A DNA stretch of 64,000 bases from Hydrolagus affinis (lineage: Eukaryota), in contig JAAILG010001239.1 in NCBI GenBank assembly GCA_012026655.1, positions 1-64,000 of the forward strand. Reading direction: 5' to 3'. Position numbers and translations under genes: made by a program. Position 1 is the first letter of the stretch; each line of letters starts with the position of its first letter. The notes beneath the pieces are model-generated. The model made no database searches and was not told where the DNA came from. It saw only the letters and a list, made by a program, of their open reading frames with translations. Shown piece after piece: positions 60,931 to 64,000 of the stretch.

Positions 60931-62213
60931 GTTCCAACTGTGCATATTTGTTAATTTAAAAAATTGCAGATACAGTATCTGTTTTCTACAATGTTATCCT
61001 CTTTGAAGGTAGTGGAAGAAATTACTGTTCCTCTATATTTGCCATCTATTCAACATGACTTTATTCCAATATAATAATCCCTGCATTTGATAAAGCACCT
61101 TACCACATTGTTGAAATATCTTAAAGCCTGTCATAGAATTTTACTGCAAAGTGTATTGACTGTGTATTTACAGGCACGTTTGTTGCTGAGCCATTTACTA
61201 CAGACATTAGAGAGATGTGGTCTATAACTCCAGGACTCCACGAGAAAGGTGCTATGGTTACAGCAATCAGTCTGTAATTTGTCTTTTGTATGGTTACAAT
61301 TTCTGCATGCAGGACAACACAATGTGTGTTAAGACATTACATCAATAGCATTCAACATTCTTCTAATGATAATTGTTGACTCGATTAATTAAACATGAAT
61401 CATGTTTAATCTTGCATAACCTATTGAGTCTATAGAAAGTACTCTCGTGAGTGTAATGCTCCAGTCACACTAATACATGGTTGACATTGGATTGGAATTG
61501 CCCGAGAGTGTTTATATGATAATGGTAGGCAAATATTTTAGGGTGTATTGATGCCAAAGCTGAAAAGAGACCTGATAAGATCTACTGAGGTAAATAATTA
61601 ATCTTGCTTTATATCTTTGTGTTTCATATTGTTTCAAAATGTATTGTTTAACATTTCTTCAGATTTCATTATTGGAACAAATTAGCAAAACATTTCAAAT
61701 AGAGCAAAATAGTTCTTAGCCCATGACACTAAATGTGCCATATGGATCTCGAAAGTACAATACTATTGGTATTGTGCAAAGCAAACTTAGTCCATCTCTA
61801 TATGCAATAATTCCCTACAACAGTATTGCCTACAATCAAACATATGGACATCAATTAACTGAAAATATTTACAGGTATTCGAGTTAATTTTTTGACTTAA
61901 AATATTGAACAGAATTAATAAATGACCAATTTTGCGGTATTAATTAACATGATTTGGTAATTAAGCAACAAAGTCACTGTAAGATGATTTATTTCTGTAG
62001 TGAGATTCTGTCAATTTGATAAGTTGACATATGTTCATCTGGTTACCAGGAGGAATTCAATGTAAGAAATCCTATTAGAAATACCACAAAATTGTCCCCC
62101 ACAATAAAATCATAAAAAATCTGATACAATTTAAAAAATACAACCGTTGAAAAAATATATTCTATTTGAAATAATAATAGTTCAGATTGATTGAAATTTA
62201 TTAGCCTCAATCA

Positions 62214-62506
62214 TAGTGGTTCCCAACCTTTTTTTGCTGCGACCCTAAATTGACCACCAACAGGACCTCCCAGCCCTCAGACTGCGCGACTGAAGAAGAG
62301 GCTCAGCCAAGAAGATGACTCCATCTGTTTTGTGGACTCAGCGCAACTCGCTAGTACGGTCTTTCATACAAATTGGTTGGTGGTGTCGCCTCGGGCATGT
62401 TTCAGTATTAAAAATGATAAAAAAAAAAATCTGATGACCCTTCGCGACTCTACTGAGGAGCCCCGCGACCATGATTTGGGTCAGGTCCCGAGGTTGTAAA
62501 CCATTG
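62214..62506. mobile_element. hAT MITE, second family
   Basis: TIRs TAGTGGTTCCCAACC / GGTTGTAAACCATTG; 8-bp TSD CTCAATCA / CTCTATCA. Confidence 0.78.
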
Positions 62507-62857
62507 CTCTATCAGATAGTATTTCCTATACATATCCTATCATGGCTCAATTGGAGTCAGGAGGTTTTAGGATCATGTCCCACAACGTGACTTTAAGTTC
62601 ATAGTGCAGTCTGACACTTCAGAACAATGCTGGGGGAATGCTGTAATGTCAGAAGTGCTGCCCTTCGATCACAACAACACCAACTTGCATTTGTATCGTA
62701 CCTACCATGTACACAATAATTAAATTGCTTAATTACATGCAGACATTTCAATCAAGGTCTTATCTGCCTGTTCAAACCGACATGAAACAGTATTCAAAAA
62801 AGAGAACAGCGGTTCTCCAAGAATCCTCCTTACCCCAGATAAAATGAATAAAACTGA

Positions 62858-63140
62858 TAATCCTTGAATTTGATATAGCACCTTATCATGTTATGAAGAC
62901 ATCTCAAAGTGCTTCACAGAATATACTGTAAAGTGAATTAATTGTATAATATGTGGGCAAAATTGGTCCAAAATTAGTCATTTACTTCATAGCTGTTTGC
63001 GAGACATTGCCTTGTGCAAATTGGTTGCCTAATTTGCCCACAAATACACAGTTCCTAACCTTTATAGCAATTCCTGTGAAAGGCTTTGAGACATGTTGAC
63101 AACGTGAAAAGGTTGTCAAATCCAAGGGTTATTATTATTC
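62858..63140. repeat. Two SINE 3' parts in inverted orientation
   Basis: A minus-strand tail at about 62858-62965 faces a plus-strand 3' part at about 62970-63140. Confidence 0.7.
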
Positions 63141-64000
63141 AAGAGAATTCTAAAAATGTAACATCCTCTGTTTGTTTCATGTTCTGAAAAACTATTTGGT
63201 ATATCCTATTTGGTGAATACTGTTCATTTTGTCCACAAATACGCAGTCGGCTTTCCTGCTCTCCTTCCCCTTGCCCCGACCACTCCCATTGCCATTTTTC
63301 CCCTCTTTTTTCCCTGGTCCCACTTCCATGACTGTCTGTGGGACACTGCTGTGCGCGATTTGACTGCCTTGTTTTGCCCACGAATATACCGTTAATTTTC
63401 CTACTCTTCTTCATCCTGTCCCGATCCCTCACTCCCTGCTCTTGTCCCTACCTAACTGTACAGCGCCTTGGGACTGTACAGCGTCCTCTCGATGTGAAAG
63501 GCACTATATAAATGTAAGTTTTGATTGATTAAGATTCTGCAGGCCTTCACAGCTGCGTTAGGAAATGCATTGATCATAATCTGTACATCTACCTCAGTCA
63601 AAGTAATTAGCAACAATGATTGATTTTGTATCTGAGATGAAACCTTGCTTCCTTCCCTATTGACAACCTTAATTTGATTAGATCATATCATGCTATGGGT
63701 GATTGCTGCCACAGTACTAGATATGATTTGGGGTTTGGTAACATATTATTGGTATCATTGAGCTCATCAGTCAATGCTGGGAATAGAGAAAGATGCCTTT
63801 GAGCACAGTGACATCGGTTAATATTTGTGTATTGTCTTCACAACACACAATCGGTCAATAATTTATCTGAAGTGATGCAGACACATTGTTTTTGAATGCA
63901 CCACAAAGCTACAATTTTACGATCTTTTAACCCACTCTCTCCCCCAAAAAGCAATATAACATGTTTTTATTCTTACATTTTTTTGTTTGATCCATTTCCT

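Overview
Eukaryotic vertebrate DNA, most likely a cartilaginous fish. This is inferred from shark-type CR1 tails, Deu-domain SINEs and L2 LINEs; the compact introns suggest a chimaera. The one gene I can reconstruct is an intact GCKR (glucokinase regulatory protein) on the minus strand: 19 coding exons from 23979 down to 2016, 1875 nt, 624 aa, all introns GT-AG, exon lengths and phases matching human GCKR as I recall it. The rest (about 24-64 kb) has no recognisable protein-coding exons and is dense in L2 and CR1 LINE fragments, two SINE types, hAT and Tc/mariner MITEs and an old four-copy LF-SINE-like repeat. Best leads: (1) this GKRP keeps a bacterial MurQ-like DASECxPTFG motif (Pro351) while its predicted glucokinase-contact residues have diverged; (2) a probable upstream non-coding first exon and promoter near 25.0 kb; (3) the LF-SINE-like repeat carries a conserved splice donor; (4) several L2-type 3' stem-loops show compensatory changes and distinct loops. 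No CRISPR, rRNA or true tRNA genes. Comparisons to reference sequences are from memory, not database searches, and repeat boundaries are approximate.
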